Shown here: piece after piece, positions 9,541-19,252 of the stretch
Position numbering within the stretch: the stretch's first letter is position 1
Layout: every line of letters starts with the position of its first letter
NCBI GenBank assembly: GCA_964484395.1
Contig: CAZAFM010000003.1
Span: 1-41,302, forward strand
DNA: 41,302 nt
Direction: 5' to 3'
Source of the DNA: an uncultured Campylobacterales bacterium
GTDB taxonomy: Bacteria > Campylobacterota > Campylobacteria > Campylobacterales > CAZAFM01
Position numbers and translations under genes: made by a program
Notes under the pieces: model-generated
What the model was told of the DNA's origin: nothing
The model's database searches: none
Seen by the model: the letters and a program-made list of their open reading frames with translations, nothing else

Positions 9541-9833
9541 TCCCTAGGACTCTCACTTCCATCAAACTGAATTTTAACAGGGTTCCTTGAGAGTAGTTTG
9601 TGGATATCCACATCCTCATCACTATCTTCAGGACGAAGTATACTGTGGATAATGATCTCATTACCATAATCAATCGCTTCAAAGTAGTGCTTAAAGCAGA
9701 ACTCTTGATTCATTCTGCATTCAATAACTCTAGCCTTCATTAGGGCTTCTTCTTTATCTTCAAACTCTAGATTATTTACAAAGTTACTCTTTTTAAAGCA
9801 ACTACACTCTTTTTCAATGATGATTTTATACAT
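9537..9833 (-). CDS. Small hypothetical protein with CxC...CxxH motif
   Basis: 98 aa, [17 protein letters not shown]; AAAGGA RBS; stop codon shares CTAG with the purE stop. Confidence 0.75.
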   Translation of the reverse strand: MYKIIIEKECSCFKKSNFVNNLEFEDKEEALMKARVIECRMNQEFCFKHYFEAIDYGNEIIIHSILRPEDSDEDVDIHKLLSRNPVKIQFDGSESPRD

Positions 9834-9886
9834 CTTTTATTCCTTTCATCTATAAATCTCCTTTCAGTCGATTATTTATACACCTT

Positions 9887-10011
9887 TAGGAAGTGAATTC
9901 CTAGCCTTAAGCTAACGCTGAGTTCTCTTCGGCAGAGAGCCCTCACGACCTTGTAGCTCTAATGAAACGCTTAAGATTTTTATATTTATTTGTGTTTTTG
10001 AACTGAGCGTT
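9887..10011. ncRNA. Candidate structured RNA / cis-regulatory element between dabA and the 98-aa gene
   Basis: GC-richer than other spacers; nested inverted repeats TAGGAA/TTCCTA (9887-9903), CTTAAGC/GCTTAAG (9906-9912 with 9969-9975), and TGAG-TTCTCT-tcggc-AGAGAG-cc-CTCA (9919-9945). No family recognised. Confidence 0.35.
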
Positions 10012-12884
10012 TAATTAAGCTCTTTTATAACCTTGAAGTCACCATCTTCATAAGAGTAGACTTTTTTAGCCTTCTTATCAATGATTATAGGGCGTATCCA
10101 CTCATTTAAGATAAATGTTTTTGCTACTGAGTTTTCCACAGCTTTTCCTACTATCTCAAGAGGTGCTTCCATATAGGTTAACAGTCTAACAGGCTCATGG
10201 TAGGCTTTTCCTTCTAATAAAACTGTTTGAGTAGGAAGACCTATTTTTAAATCACTATAGTTCCCGCTATATACTCCAACCTTAGAAACTATGTTGTGAT
10301 AGACTTTTGAGCCTGCTCCGTATGTGTGATTATCTACAGTTGAGAAGTAGTGCTCTAGATTAATCCACTCACCAACAACAAGAGGTCCATTAAAAATTCT
10401 TGTTAGTATATCTGCATTTTCATTATCAATACTCCAATCATAAGAGTGCATAAAAAGTCGATTATTAAAAGCTAGATGCTTAGTAGCCCTCCTAGGTCCT
10501 GCAAAAACACCCATATTTTGAGCCAACCCCCACTCTGGACGAGTCTCAGACCAGTCTTTAGTTTTTATGTTTAGGTCTTTTTCTGTATGGGTATATGGTA
10601 GTGAGACTACTCTCTCTTGCTTAGAAGATTGAGTAGCCCTATTAAAATCAACTATAATGTTTTTAAACATCTCCATTTCATCACTAGTTAGAATATCTTC
10701 ATCATAGAACTCTATCTTATCTGTTGTAGTGGTGTGAACACCGGGTATGAACTTAGTGCTCTCTGGAATATCTATCCCTTTTTCCTTGATTTTCTCTCTT
10801 ACAGAAGCTGAGTTTGCTATCATACAAAGAGTTCTAGCATTTGGTAAGCTAGAGCTTCCTCCACACGCTCCGCAATCTAGAGCTGATTCAAATGGGTTAT
10901 TATCAGATATACTAGCATGACCTAGAATCAAGGCAAACTGTGGGAAGTTATCTACTTGTCCTATCATGGTTAAATAGTTGTACAAGTAGTGAACCTTCTC
11001 TTCAAGTGTGAAGCCAACTAGTGAGAGCTTGTTTTTTTGAAATTCATAATCTTTTGGGGTGATATGATGCTCTGATGTAAGCTTTTGTAGTGCATCTTCT
11101 GGTATATCTAATACTAGCTCATCACCAAAAACAAGATGTCTCCAAACCTCCTCACACTGCTTTTGTATCGACTCATGAGCTAGATAGTTATGAAGATGCT
11201 CTGAGATAATGTTTATATGTAGTTTTTTGACATAAAACTCTATCTCTGTTTCTGAGAGCTTATCAATAGTAAATGTAGTTTTTGGTTTGATTGGCTTAAG
11301 CTTTTTGAAAAGCTTCTCAGTCTTTTCAGGTGCAAATGTTTTACCAAAAAGGTTAATCCCAAAAATCCAACCTATTGCTTCAACCATGATAAAAGGGGTG
11401 TATGGGTTGTTTTTAAGATCACTTAAGACTTTTTTAGTTGTTTTGTTTATACCTTTTTTGGATTGAAAGCTAATCACACACTCTTTAGGAATCTCAAAAA
11501 CAACATTTTTAGGCTTGATAACTGCTGGGCATAGAAGCTGTTCATGTGCTTTGTCAAACTCAACAAAAGCAATTGGAATACCCAAAAAGCCACCAGCACC
11601 ATAGGTTTTGTATGGACCCTCATTCTCTATATTTCGGCGTATAACTTCTGAGCGAACATCTAGGCAAAAAGTAGCTGAAGCAACTGACTTCTCCTCCTCT
11701 TTTGGCTCAAACTCAGTGACATCATCAACAAACCTTTTTATATATGTGTCTTCAAGTGACTTGAGCCAGATATAGCCCTCTTCATCTCTTAGTTTTTTGA
11801 TAACTGAAGCTAGGTCTATTAGGGGTAGCTTACTTTGAAGAACCTCCTCGCAGTGCTGAATCTGAAAAGCATCTAGACTTAGCTCATTAGTAATGTGCTG
11901 CAAGAGTACATTGTCTGTCTTTTCGTCGTTTTCTAGTGCATCAAGACATCTTCCATATAGTCTGTTTTTGTCTTTTAAGAGCTTCAAAATGACCTCACTT
12001 CTCTTCTCTTGTGCATATACTTCAAAGATTTTGAAACTACAAATCGCTCTGTTTCTAACTGCTTCAAGCTCATAATAGAGTCTAATAGCCATATACTCTA
12101 TAAGTGAGGAAGGATGTTGTTGTTGTGAAAAATAATCAGGGTCTTCTGAGCGGTACTTGATAAACCCTGTCCAACCATGAAGCTTGTGTAGATGGGTAAT
12201 GAAGTAGGCTTTGATATCTGTAACTTGAAGTTTATTAAGAGCCTCTTCTACAAAAGAGTTTGCATCTTTTTCATAAGTGAAGTTTTCATAAAGTTTAAAA
12301 GCCTCAAACATACCTCTTTGTCGGTTTGGCATAGTCATTGTTGTTTGGTCTTCATCTAAGAAGCGAGATATAAACTCAATGATGTTTTTTTGAATCTTGC
12401 TTCTCTCATCAGTATCAAAAAGTACATCATTAATCTCATATAGTGTCATATTTTTTGTGAGACTATCTAGCCACCTTTGTTTATCATTGTAGATTGAGTT
12501 CTTTTCTAGGTGTGAATAAAGTTCAGTATCAGCCTCTTCTTGTTTATATAAAAATTTTCTTCTAAGGTCATCCCATTGTGGGCTAACCTCCATCATAAAT
12601 TTTTTGATAATCTCTATAGGAATATCAAAGCCTAAATCACTTAGGTTATTATTGATATTTTCTTCTAAAATTTTTTCATCTATTTTTCCTTGATTGTATA
12701 GCTCCATAAAATAAGAGGAGTCCATATATGTTCTACCACCAAATATCTGCTGAGCCCTTTTTAGCCCCTCTTTAAAATGTAAATCCTCAAATCCTTTAAG
12801 TGGGTTGTGATGGATAAATGAGCCTATTGGCCAGTAGTGTGGAAATGTATCCTTGATTGAATCTAGTTTTTGTGCGACGCTCAT
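10011..12884 (-). CDS. dabA: DabA (DUF2309) beta-carbonic-anhydrase-like cytoplasmic subunit of a DIC-accumulating complex
   Basis: WPIGSFIHHNPL N-terminus; Zn-ligand motifs FCLDVRSE (C,D), LGHAS (H), LDCGACGG (C); DWSETRPEWGLA; HEPVRL. Confidence 0.95.
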   Translation of the reverse strand: MSVAQKLDSIKDTFPHYWPIGSFIHHNPLKGFEDLHFKEGLKRAQQIFGGRTYMDSSYFMELYNQGKIDEKILEENINNNLSDLGFDIPIEIIKKFMMEVSPQWDDLRRKFLYKQEEADTELYSHLEKNSIYNDKQRWLDSLTKNMTLYEINDVLFDTDERSKIQKNIIEFISRFLDEDQTTMTMPNRQRGMFEAFKLYENFTYEKDANSFVEEALNKLQVTDIKAYFITHLHKLHGWTGFIKYRSEDPDYFSQQQHPSSLIEYMAIRLYYELEAVRNRAICSFKIFEVYAQEKRSEVILKLLKDKNRLYGRCLDALENDEKTDNVLLQHITNELSLDAFQIQHCEEVLQSKLPLIDLASVIKKLRDEEGYIWLKSLEDTYIKRFVDDVTEFEPKEEEKSVASATFCLDVRSEVIRRNIENEGPYKTYGAGGFLGIPIAFVEFDKAHEQLLCPAVIKPKNVVFEIPKECVISFQSKKGINKTTKKVLSDLKNNPYTPFIMVEAIGWIFGINLFGKTFAPEKTEKLFKKLKPIKPKTTFTIDKLSETEIEFYVKKLHINIISEHLHNYLAHESIQKQCEEVWRHLVFGDELVLDIPEDALQKLTSEHHITPKDYEFQKNKLSLVGFTLEEKVHYLYNYLTMIGQVDNFPQFALILGHASISDNNPFESALDCGACGGSSSLPNARTLCMIANSASVREKIKEKGIDIPESTKFIPGVHTTTTDKIEFYDEDILTSDEMEMFKNIIVDFNRATQSSKQERVVSLPYTHTEKDLNIKTKDWSETRPEWGLAQNMGVFAGPRRATKHLAFNNRLFMHSYDWSIDNENADILTRIFNGPLVVGEWINLEHYFSTVDNHTYGAGSKVYHNIVSKVGVYSGNYSDLKIGLPTQTVLLEGKAYHEPVRLLTYMEAPLEIVGKAVENSVAKTFILNEWIRPIIIDKKAKKVYSYEDGDFKVIKELN

Positions 12885-13612
12885 ATTAAAATCTCCTTGA
12901 GCCCAAATATGCTTAAAACAAGTAGTAGGGCAACCACACCAATATGTGCTAACTTCTCTTTACTGGTTAGTTCAACATAGTGTATATTTGGGTTTGGTTT
13001 GCCAAAGAGTGACTCTTTGACTACCTTCATAGCTAGTAAAAAATGACCAAAAAAGAGAACTATTACGACTAAATATCCTATAAAATTCAAATCACTAAGT
13101 AGTACATAGTTTAGAAAAAATAGCGAATTAGGAAATGGAGGATATAGTGCTACTGATATTAGATAGATAGTCATAAAAGTCCCAATATAAGGGGTTGTAA
13201 GTGTTATTCCTCTTATGTAGTGATAGTTCGCACTTCCGTAGTTTTTCTCATAATTATAACCAATCAAAAAGATACCTATTAAAGCTACTAGTAGTGAGAG
13301 GCTATAAAGTGCACCCTTCTCTTCAAAAAGAACAAAAAATGGGGCGTTAATATATATAAGATAGTAGCCTAGCTTGTAAAAGTTGGTAGTCTTAGTTGCC
13401 TTGTATATAGCAAATATAGAACTAGCAAATGATACTAGTACAAGTACCATATAGTGTTCATTATGGATAAAAAGAGATAATACAATAGCGCAAAAAAGAG
13501 AAAATCCACTTATTAAAAAAATTAATTTACTACTAAACTTCTCGTTTTTTTCTAGAAAAACAAAATATGGAAGACCAGCAGCTAGCAAAAAAAGTAGTAA
13601 GTTTGATATCAT
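12881..13612 (-). CDS. Second, truncated antiporter-like membrane subunit of the DAB/DAC complex
   Basis: 243 aa, about 7-8 TM; IRGITLTTP..LYPPFPNS resembles the C-terminal half of NuoM/N-type subunits; ATGA overlaps with both neighbours. Confidence 0.7.
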   Translation of the reverse strand: MISNLLLFLLAAGLPYFVFLEKNEKFSSKLIFLISGFSLFCAIVLSLFIHNEHYMVLVLVSFASSIFAIYKATKTTNFYKLGYYLIYINAPFFVLFEEKGALYSLSLLVALIGIFLIGYNYEKNYGSANYHYIRGITLTTPYIGTFMTIYLISVALYPPFPNSLFFLNYVLLSDLNFIGYLVVIVLFFGHFLLAMKVVKESLFGKPNPNIHYVELTSKEKLAHIGVVALLLVLSIFGLKEILI

Positions 13613-15219
13613 AATTTACCCTTTGTAAGCCATCTGTGTAGCTCAAAAAAGTACCCCTCTTTTACCAAAAATCTATAAAACAGCCACTTTGCCTTGTTTG
13701 GCTTGGTACTATCCTCAGGATTAGCACTATAGTGTTGCCTATAGGTAAACCACCATCCAAGCATCATAATAGCAGCTAGGATTATAAGTGAAGTTATAAG
13801 AGTTATATTTAGAGTGGCAGCTTGATAAAAAAGTAGCGCATGAGGTCCATATAAGAAGTGCTCAAGTGCTAGTCCCACAAACTCATAAGTAAATAAGACA
13901 ATAATAAATGAACTTACAAGCCCTATTATGACCTTAATTGAATCAGCCTTAGATACTTTAAAAAACGATAAAAAGAGTTGTGTTCCAGTAAGCCAACCAA
14001 ATGCTAAAATAATAATTGCAGCATTAAACTCAAAAAACTCCTCACTAAGTATGAGTTTAACTCCAACAAATATCAAAATAGGCAAAATAGTAAATAGAGC
14101 TATGTAGTTAAACATCTTATTACTTCTTTTTTCAATCTTCTCTTCCCAGAAGAGCTCATAAGATAGTCGTTTAGGAATATTTGATTCATGACGGGCAAGT
14201 CTAATAAGTCCACCTGATTCTAAAAAGAGAGTAGCTTTAAATATCCCATGAACAATGAGGTGATAGATTGCTAGAGAAAAAGCCCCAAGTCCCACTTCCA
14301 TTATCATATACCCCATCTGTCCAACTGTTGAGTATCCTAGAGAGCGTTTGATATCTGATACTACTAGCATAACAAGTGAGGCAAAAATAGCAGTAATAAG
14401 TCCTAATACAAATGCAATATTTAACACCGTAGGTGTAAGTAGAAGCAAGTAAGCCATCTTATTTAGTAGAATACCACCAACATTTACTACTCCAGCATGC
14501 ATTAGAGCTGAGACTGGCGTAGGTGCCTCAGAAGTATATGGAAGCCATATATGAAAAGGAACAATTGCTGATTTCATCATAGCAGCCATTAGATACAGTA
14601 AGCCAATAACAAAAATCATAGGATTATCAACAGGAGTTACAGACATCTCTAGCCAAGTATCTCTAAGTGTGGCTAAATCAAAACTTCCAAATGTTTTATA
14701 AGTTAGTATCACAGCAAATAAAAAGATTAAGTCAGCCCCTTTATGAACAATCATAGTCCACTGAGCATTTTTCACTGCTGAGTCTGAACCAACATTAAAA
14801 GAGACTAGTAGATATAGAGCAATACTAAGCATCTGCCAAGCTAGAGCTAGAACGATAAGATTATTACTCATAACTAGTAGATAGATAGCCGAAAAGATGA
14901 AGTTGATTAGTATAAAAAAGCGTTTATATCCTGGCTCATCCCACATATACTTACTAGCGTATTTACGAATAACTAGTCCTAGAATAGCCACATAAGGTAC
15001 TAGTATAGCTGAGAGTTCATTATAGATAAGTAGTCCCTCAAACCCAACAATTGCCTCATCAAAACTGATAACATGATATGTTCCATAAAGTGCCAGTAGA
15101 GCTAGCATACTTGAGAAGAGGATATTGATTTTGGGGATTAACTCTTTTTTGTTAATAAAAGCTATAAATATTGCAATTACAATGGGAATAAAGGGGATAA
15201 ATAAAATCAATTTTTCCAA
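13609..15219 (-). CDS. dabB: DabB, NuoL/MrpA-like proton-translocating membrane subunit
   Basis: KSAIVPFHIWLP..EAPTPVSALMHAGVVN, DIKRSLGYSTVGQMG, HLIVHGIFKATLFL; upstream of dabA with no other nuo genes; TTG start. Confidence 0.92.
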   Translation of the reverse strand: MEKLILFIPFIPIVIAIFIAFINKKELIPKINILFSSMLALLALYGTYHVISFDEAIVGFEGLLIYNELSAILVPYVAILGLVIRKYASKYMWDEPGYKRFFILINFIFSAIYLLVMSNNLIVLALAWQMLSIALYLLVSFNVGSDSAVKNAQWTMIVHKGADLIFLFAVILTYKTFGSFDLATLRDTWLEMSVTPVDNPMIFVIGLLYLMAAMMKSAIVPFHIWLPYTSEAPTPVSALMHAGVVNVGGILLNKMAYLLLLTPTVLNIAFVLGLITAIFASLVMLVVSDIKRSLGYSTVGQMGYMIMEVGLGAFSLAIYHLIVHGIFKATLFLESGGLIRLARHESNIPKRLSYELFWEEKIEKRSNKMFNYIALFTILPILIFVGVKLILSEEFFEFNAAIIILAFGWLTGTQLFLSFFKVSKADSIKVIIGLVSSFIIVLFTYEFVGLALEHFLYGPHALLFYQAATLNITLITSLIILAAIMMLGWWFTYRQHYSANPEDSTKPNKAKWLFYRFLVKEGYFFELHRWLTKGKL

Positions 15220-15269
15220 TACAGACCCTTAGAGTATGAGTTGACTAGATAATAACAGGCAGAAGGGAT

Positions 15270-15497
15270 TTATTCCTCCTTAGCCTGCGCCATAACCATT
15301 GAGATACAGCCTCTATTAAGTAAGTCTGTGCAGACATAGACACATAGAGCGCACCCCTTGCATCTATCACTATCAACCCAAGATGTATTGTTCTCTTTAT
15401 CGAACATAAGCGTATTTGCTTCTGGACAATAAAGTGTACACATATTGCATTTATGCTCAGCACATTTGTCCGAATCGACTTTTGCTATATAATACAT
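15270..15497 (-). CDS. forE: Ferredoxin-like epsilon subunit of five-subunit 2-oxoacid:ferredoxin oxidoreductase (copy 1)
   Basis: CxxxxCxxCxxxCP and CxxCxxCxxxC cluster motifs; last gene of a D-A-B-G-E order. Confidence 0.85.
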   Translation of the reverse strand: MYYIAKVDSDKCAEHKCNMCTLYCPEANTLMFDKENNTSWVDSDRCKGCALCVYVCTDLLNRGCISMVMAQAKEE

Positions 15498-15500
15498 AGT
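15270..15500 (-). repeat. Direct repeat copy 1 (partner 23691-23921)
   Basis: 15286-15500 is identical to 23707-23921 (215 bp); three synonymous differences in the last five codons. Confidence 0.95.
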
Positions 15501-15511
15501 AATCCTTTCTT

Positions 15512-16210
15512 TTATACTGTCGGTCTGATTATTAGCTCATTAGTGTTGAGATCTAAAGAATCAGCCATTTTGAATGTTTTGTTGATCACCTCCATATTTT
15601 TTGCAAGCAACTCCTCTTTTTTCTTGTACTTCTTCTCAATAGCAGAATCAAGAGCAGCAGTACCACCAGAAGTGATAAAGGACTTCCCAAGAAATCTCTC
15701 TTTAACAGCATTTTCTATATGACCTTCATTTACAAGCTTAGTGATACCTAGAAGCATACCCATCATTGCCATGTTTGTAGCAAGCTCAGTCCCAGCAAGT
15801 TGTAAGGCAAGATCTGTAGCATCAAACTGTACTACTTTTGCATTTAGCTCTGTTAAAACTCTAATATCTTCAGGCTCAAGAAGATCTCTATCTGTGTTTA
15901 TGATAACAAGACTATTCTTTTTTAAACCTGTGTAAAAAGGCATTGTATAAGACTTACCATGAGTAACAACTTGTGGGTGAAAAATCATAATAATATCAGG
16001 ATAAACAACCTCACCAACTTCATAAATAGGCTGCGTAGAGGCTCTTACATAAGCCTCAACTGGAGCCATTCTCTTTTCAGAGCCAAAAAACGGAACCAAA
16101 GAGGCGTAATTTCCCGCATTGTCCATACATGACCCAAGTATGTGCGCTGTTGTAACAACACCCTGTCCGCCGAGCCCTGAAACCCTAATGTTATATCTTT
16201 TCTTTTCCAT
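15512..16210 (-). CDS. forG: 2-oxoacid:ferredoxin oxidoreductase gamma subunit (For type)
   Basis: GLGGQGVVT, FFGSEKRMAP, NMAMMG. Confidence 0.85.
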   Translation of the reverse strand: MEKKRYNIRVSGLGGQGVVTTAHILGSCMDNAGNYASLVPFFGSEKRMAPVEAYVRASTQPIYEVGEVVYPDIIMIFHPQVVTHGKSYTMPFYTGLKKNSLVIINTDRDLLEPEDIRVLTELNAKVVQFDATDLALQLAGTELATNMAMMGMLLGITKLVNEGHIENAVKERFLGKSFITSGGTAALDSAIEKKYKKKEELLAKNMEVINKTFKMADSLDLNTNELIIRPTV

Positions 16211-17122
16211 TTAGTTCACAGCCTCCTCTTTGTTTGCTTCTTTTTTAGCTTTTTTAGCCGCTTTCTCTTCTGCTTCTACTCTCTCTATGACCTTTCTTGC
16301 CTCATCGCTCATATACTCTTCAAAAGCAAATCTTCCCTTTTCTTTCTCTTTAGCATCTTTTAGCACATCTTCTGTTGGGATAGAGTACTCGATGTTACAC
16401 GAAGTATAGACATGAATAAATGTAGGCCCAACTTCTCTAGCTACAAAAATCGCTCTTCTGATAACTTGTGCTGCTTTTTTAACATTTGTTGGTGCTAGTT
16501 TTACGACATAGACGCATCCTGCTGTCTTTGCAAGTTCAGTTGCAGGCATCTTATCAAAATTTTTACCATTTGGTGCCATTTTAAGAACAGAGCCTCTTTG
16601 AGACATACCACTCTCTTGACCACCAGTGTTTCCATAAACTTCATTATCTAGCATAATGGTAGTAAACTTCTCACCTCTAATCCATGAGTGCATAGTCATA
16701 CTAAAACCAATATCCATAGTTCCGCCATCACCAGCCATGGTAATAACATCTTTTTTCTTATTTGGAAATCTCAATCTAAAAGCACGAGTAAGACCAGAGG
16801 CCATAGCGTTTTGGTCTCCATAGTTTCCGTATATAAATGGAACTGCTGCTTGAGATATGGCAAGTCTACCACAGCCCGCAGTTCCTAATGTAACTGTCTC
16901 TTCTGGTTTTGGAAGTGATGCAAAAACCACTCTTATAAAGTATGCCATCCAGCAACCAGCACACATAGGGTGCTCTTCTAGAAGCTCTTTATACTGCCCC
17001 ATATTGTGGACACCAGCCTCATCAAAGTCCTTTCCAAAAGGACCATAATCAACTAATTCTACATAGTCTTTAGGCAAATATTTTTTAAATTGTTCCGCAG
17101 GAGTAATATATTTTAAACTCAT
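16211..17122 (-). CDS. forB: 2-oxoacid:ferredoxin oxidoreductase beta (TPP-binding) subunit (For type)
   Basis: CAGC, GTAGC, GDGG...DNEVYGNTGGQES, TSC. Confidence 0.85.
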   Translation of the reverse strand: MSLKYITPAEQFKKYLPKDYVELVDYGPFGKDFDEAGVHNMGQYKELLEEHPMCAGCWMAYFIRVVFASLPKPEETVTLGTAGCGRLAISQAAVPFIYGNYGDQNAMASGLTRAFRLRFPNKKKDVITMAGDGGTMDIGFSMTMHSWIRGEKFTTIMLDNEVYGNTGGQESGMSQRGSVLKMAPNGKNFDKMPATELAKTAGCVYVVKLAPTNVKKAAQVIRRAIFVAREVGPTFIHVYTSCNIEYSIPTEDVLKDAKEKEKGRFAFEEYMSDEARKVIERVEAEEKAAKKAKKEANKEEAVN

Positions 17123-17137
17123 GGTTTTCCCCTTTTC

Positions 17138-18328
17138 TTATAGTTTTAGATCTGATTCAACACCAAGTGTGTCATAGATCTCTTTCATGATTAGCTCAAC
17201 AGGTAGTGTCATACCACCAAACACTCTAGGTCCTTCTATAACAATTCCACTATTAGGAATAGCAGCTTTTACCTCTTTACATAGCCAGCCAATAATATTG
17301 TGCTCAGGAACTATTAAGTGTTTTGCATTTTTAGTTGCTTCTTGAATCTCTTCAATAGGGAAAGGTCTTATAGATCTAACCTTGATAAAGCCAACACTCA
17401 AATCCTCTTCTTGAGCATATCTATGCGCTTCCCTTGCTTGTGCAGCAGCACATCCAGAAGCAACAAGCATAACTTCAGCATCAGGATTTATCACTTCAAT
17501 TGGACCACCTAGATACTCATATATGTACTTCATAGCTCTTCTGTTTGAATCCCATATCTCTTGTTGCCATACAGCATGTATTAGGTGACTCATAAAGTTT
17601 GATTTCTGAACAGGAGCATCTCTTTGTATTCTAGCAGGAGGTGTCTCATTATCCATAGCAGGAACAGGAGCAGCACTCGGGTCAAATTCGCTTAGTGCCA
17701 TATCTTCAGGTGTCATCTCAACATAGCCTTTAGCATGTGTTACAAAGAAGCCTTCTGTTGCTACAGCAGTTGGTATATATACATCAACTTTTTCTGAGAT
17801 TGCAAATGCAGCTAGAGTCATATCAAATGTATCTTGTTGGTTTTCAGCATGCAGTACTACAGCTCCGCAGTGCATAAGGTATGCCATCTCTATGTTATCA
17901 GGCTGAATAGATAGTGGTGCATTTATAACTCTTGTAAGCACACCTAGGACTGCTGGTATTCTATGTCCAGGCCATGAAGCAATAGCCTCTAAACCTCTAA
18001 GAAGTCCAGGACCTGAAGTTGCAGAAAAGATTCTTACACCAGCTCTTGCTGCACCTGCAACTGCTGACATAGTCCCTAGCTCTTCTTCTGCTCTATAATA
18101 CTCTTTTATGTGACCTTGTGCATATATATCGCCAACAAGGTGCATTACCTCAGATTGTGGTGTAATAGGATAAGCGATTGCCATATCAACGCTTGAGCGT
18201 TTAACAGCTTCAGCCATAGCTTGTGCACCTGTAATGAAGCACTTTTCTCTTGGGGCTTCTTGTAGAAGATATTTAGCATCTACTAGTTTTTTCTCTATTT
18301 TTGGTGTTGAGGTTACATTTTCACTCAT
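17138..18328 (-). CDS. forA: 2-oxoacid:ferredoxin oxidoreductase alpha subunit (For type)
   Basis: YPITPQSE, ATSGPG, EGFFVTH, RPFP. The 2-oxoglutarate assignment rests on the DABGE order known from Hydrogenobacter for genes. Confidence 0.85.
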   Translation of the reverse strand: MSENVTSTPKIEKKLVDAKYLLQEAPREKCFITGAQAMAEAVKRSSVDMAIAYPITPQSEVMHLVGDIYAQGHIKEYYRAEEELGTMSAVAGAARAGVRIFSATSGPGLLRGLEAIASWPGHRIPAVLGVLTRVINAPLSIQPDNIEMAYLMHCGAVVLHAENQQDTFDMTLAAFAISEKVDVYIPTAVATEGFFVTHAKGYVEMTPEDMALSEFDPSAAPVPAMDNETPPARIQRDAPVQKSNFMSHLIHAVWQQEIWDSNRRAMKYIYEYLGGPIEVINPDAEVMLVASGCAAAQAREAHRYAQEEDLSVGFIKVRSIRPFPIEEIQEATKNAKHLIVPEHNIIGWLCKEVKAAIPNSGIVIEGPRVFGGMTLPVELIMKEIYDTLGVESDLKL

Positions 18329-18338
18329 CTTAATCTCC

Positions 18339-19052
18339 TTATTCAGTTTCAGTTACTATCTCATCTTTTTGAGCCATGATGAGACTTCTATACTCTCCAT
18401 AGTCAAGAACACTGATAGACTCATAGTTCTCATAATCCATAGAGGAATTTTCAGGTGGTAGTTTTTTCTCCCACTTGATACCTAGTTTATCTCTCTCCTC
18501 GATGAGTATATTTTTAAATTTTACTATATCATCTGCATGCAAGTCACGGATAGAAGCCATTGCCTCTTCATGTCCCATATAAGCACAGAGTGCTATAGTG
18601 TAACAATCAGCCCCAGCTCGAATCATTCTTAAAGATAAGTTTGCATAGTGGCAGTGAACACCTACAAAAACACACGCCTTTATTTTATTCTCAATAATTG
18701 TTAAATTCGGGTGATTTGGATTGATTTCTGCTTTAACATCAATCTTTGGATATTTTGGTCTATAATCAGGCATTGGAATAATTTTGCAGTTTGGTATCTC
18801 AGATGCCAACTCCAAAATCGCTGCTGCTTTTTCTGCAACATCTGCTTTCCAATCCCACAACACTTGTGGACCTGGGAAGATAGTTGGATTCTCTCTAGTA
18901 AGAAGTGCTCTTGCAGCATCTCTCATCGCCTCTTCTTCTTCTACTTGGTTACCATACAGCAGAGCTTTTCCCTCTTCAGAGAGCTCAACTCCCATAGATA
19001 CTGCTGATTTAGGCATATAGCCAACTGGACCTACTGATATTTTTTCTTTCAT
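18339..19052 (-). CDS. forD: Delta subunit of five-subunit oxidoreductase (For type)
   Basis: PTIFPGPQVL, DYRPKYPKI, INPNHPNLTI, FVGVHCHYAN; paralogue of 23068..23637. Confidence 0.8.
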   Translation of the reverse strand: MKEKISVGPVGYMPKSAVSMGVELSEEGKALLYGNQVEEEEAMRDAARALLTRENPTIFPGPQVLWDWKADVAEKAAAILELASEIPNCKIIPMPDYRPKYPKIDVKAEINPNHPNLTIIENKIKACVFVGVHCHYANLSLRMIRAGADCYTIALCAYMGHEEAMASIRDLHADDIVKFKNILIEERDKLGIKWEKKLPPENSSMDYENYESISVLDYGEYRSLIMAQKDEIVTETE

Positions 19053-19075
19053 ACTAAACTCCTTGTCACTTATGG

Positions 19076-19207
19076 ATTATACAAATTTACACAAAAGTAG
19101 CATTGAAGCATTTTAAAAGTGAGATTATTCTATGAATAGATTTGTATGTGTAACATTTTGTAACAATAAAAAACTTGATAGAACATTAATAGTAATGATA
19201 TGTAACA
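19076..19207 (-). promoter_or_regulatory. forD promoter: TATAAT with upstream TGTTACA repeats
   Basis: Minus-strand TATAAT at 19081-19076; TGTTACA-aaa-TGTTACA at 19165-19149; a third TGTTACA at 19207-19201; AAGGAG RBS at 19064-19059. Confidence 0.6.
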
Positions 19208-19252
19208 ACTATGTAGAGTATAGGTATATAGGCAGTATGACCAATATTTCTA

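Noticed and set aside
12881-15219. Respiratory complex I, Mrp antiporter or hydrogenase-4 membrane arm
   Set aside because: No other nuo/mrp/hyf genes are present and the genes are translationally coupled to a DUF2309 protein, which defines DAB.
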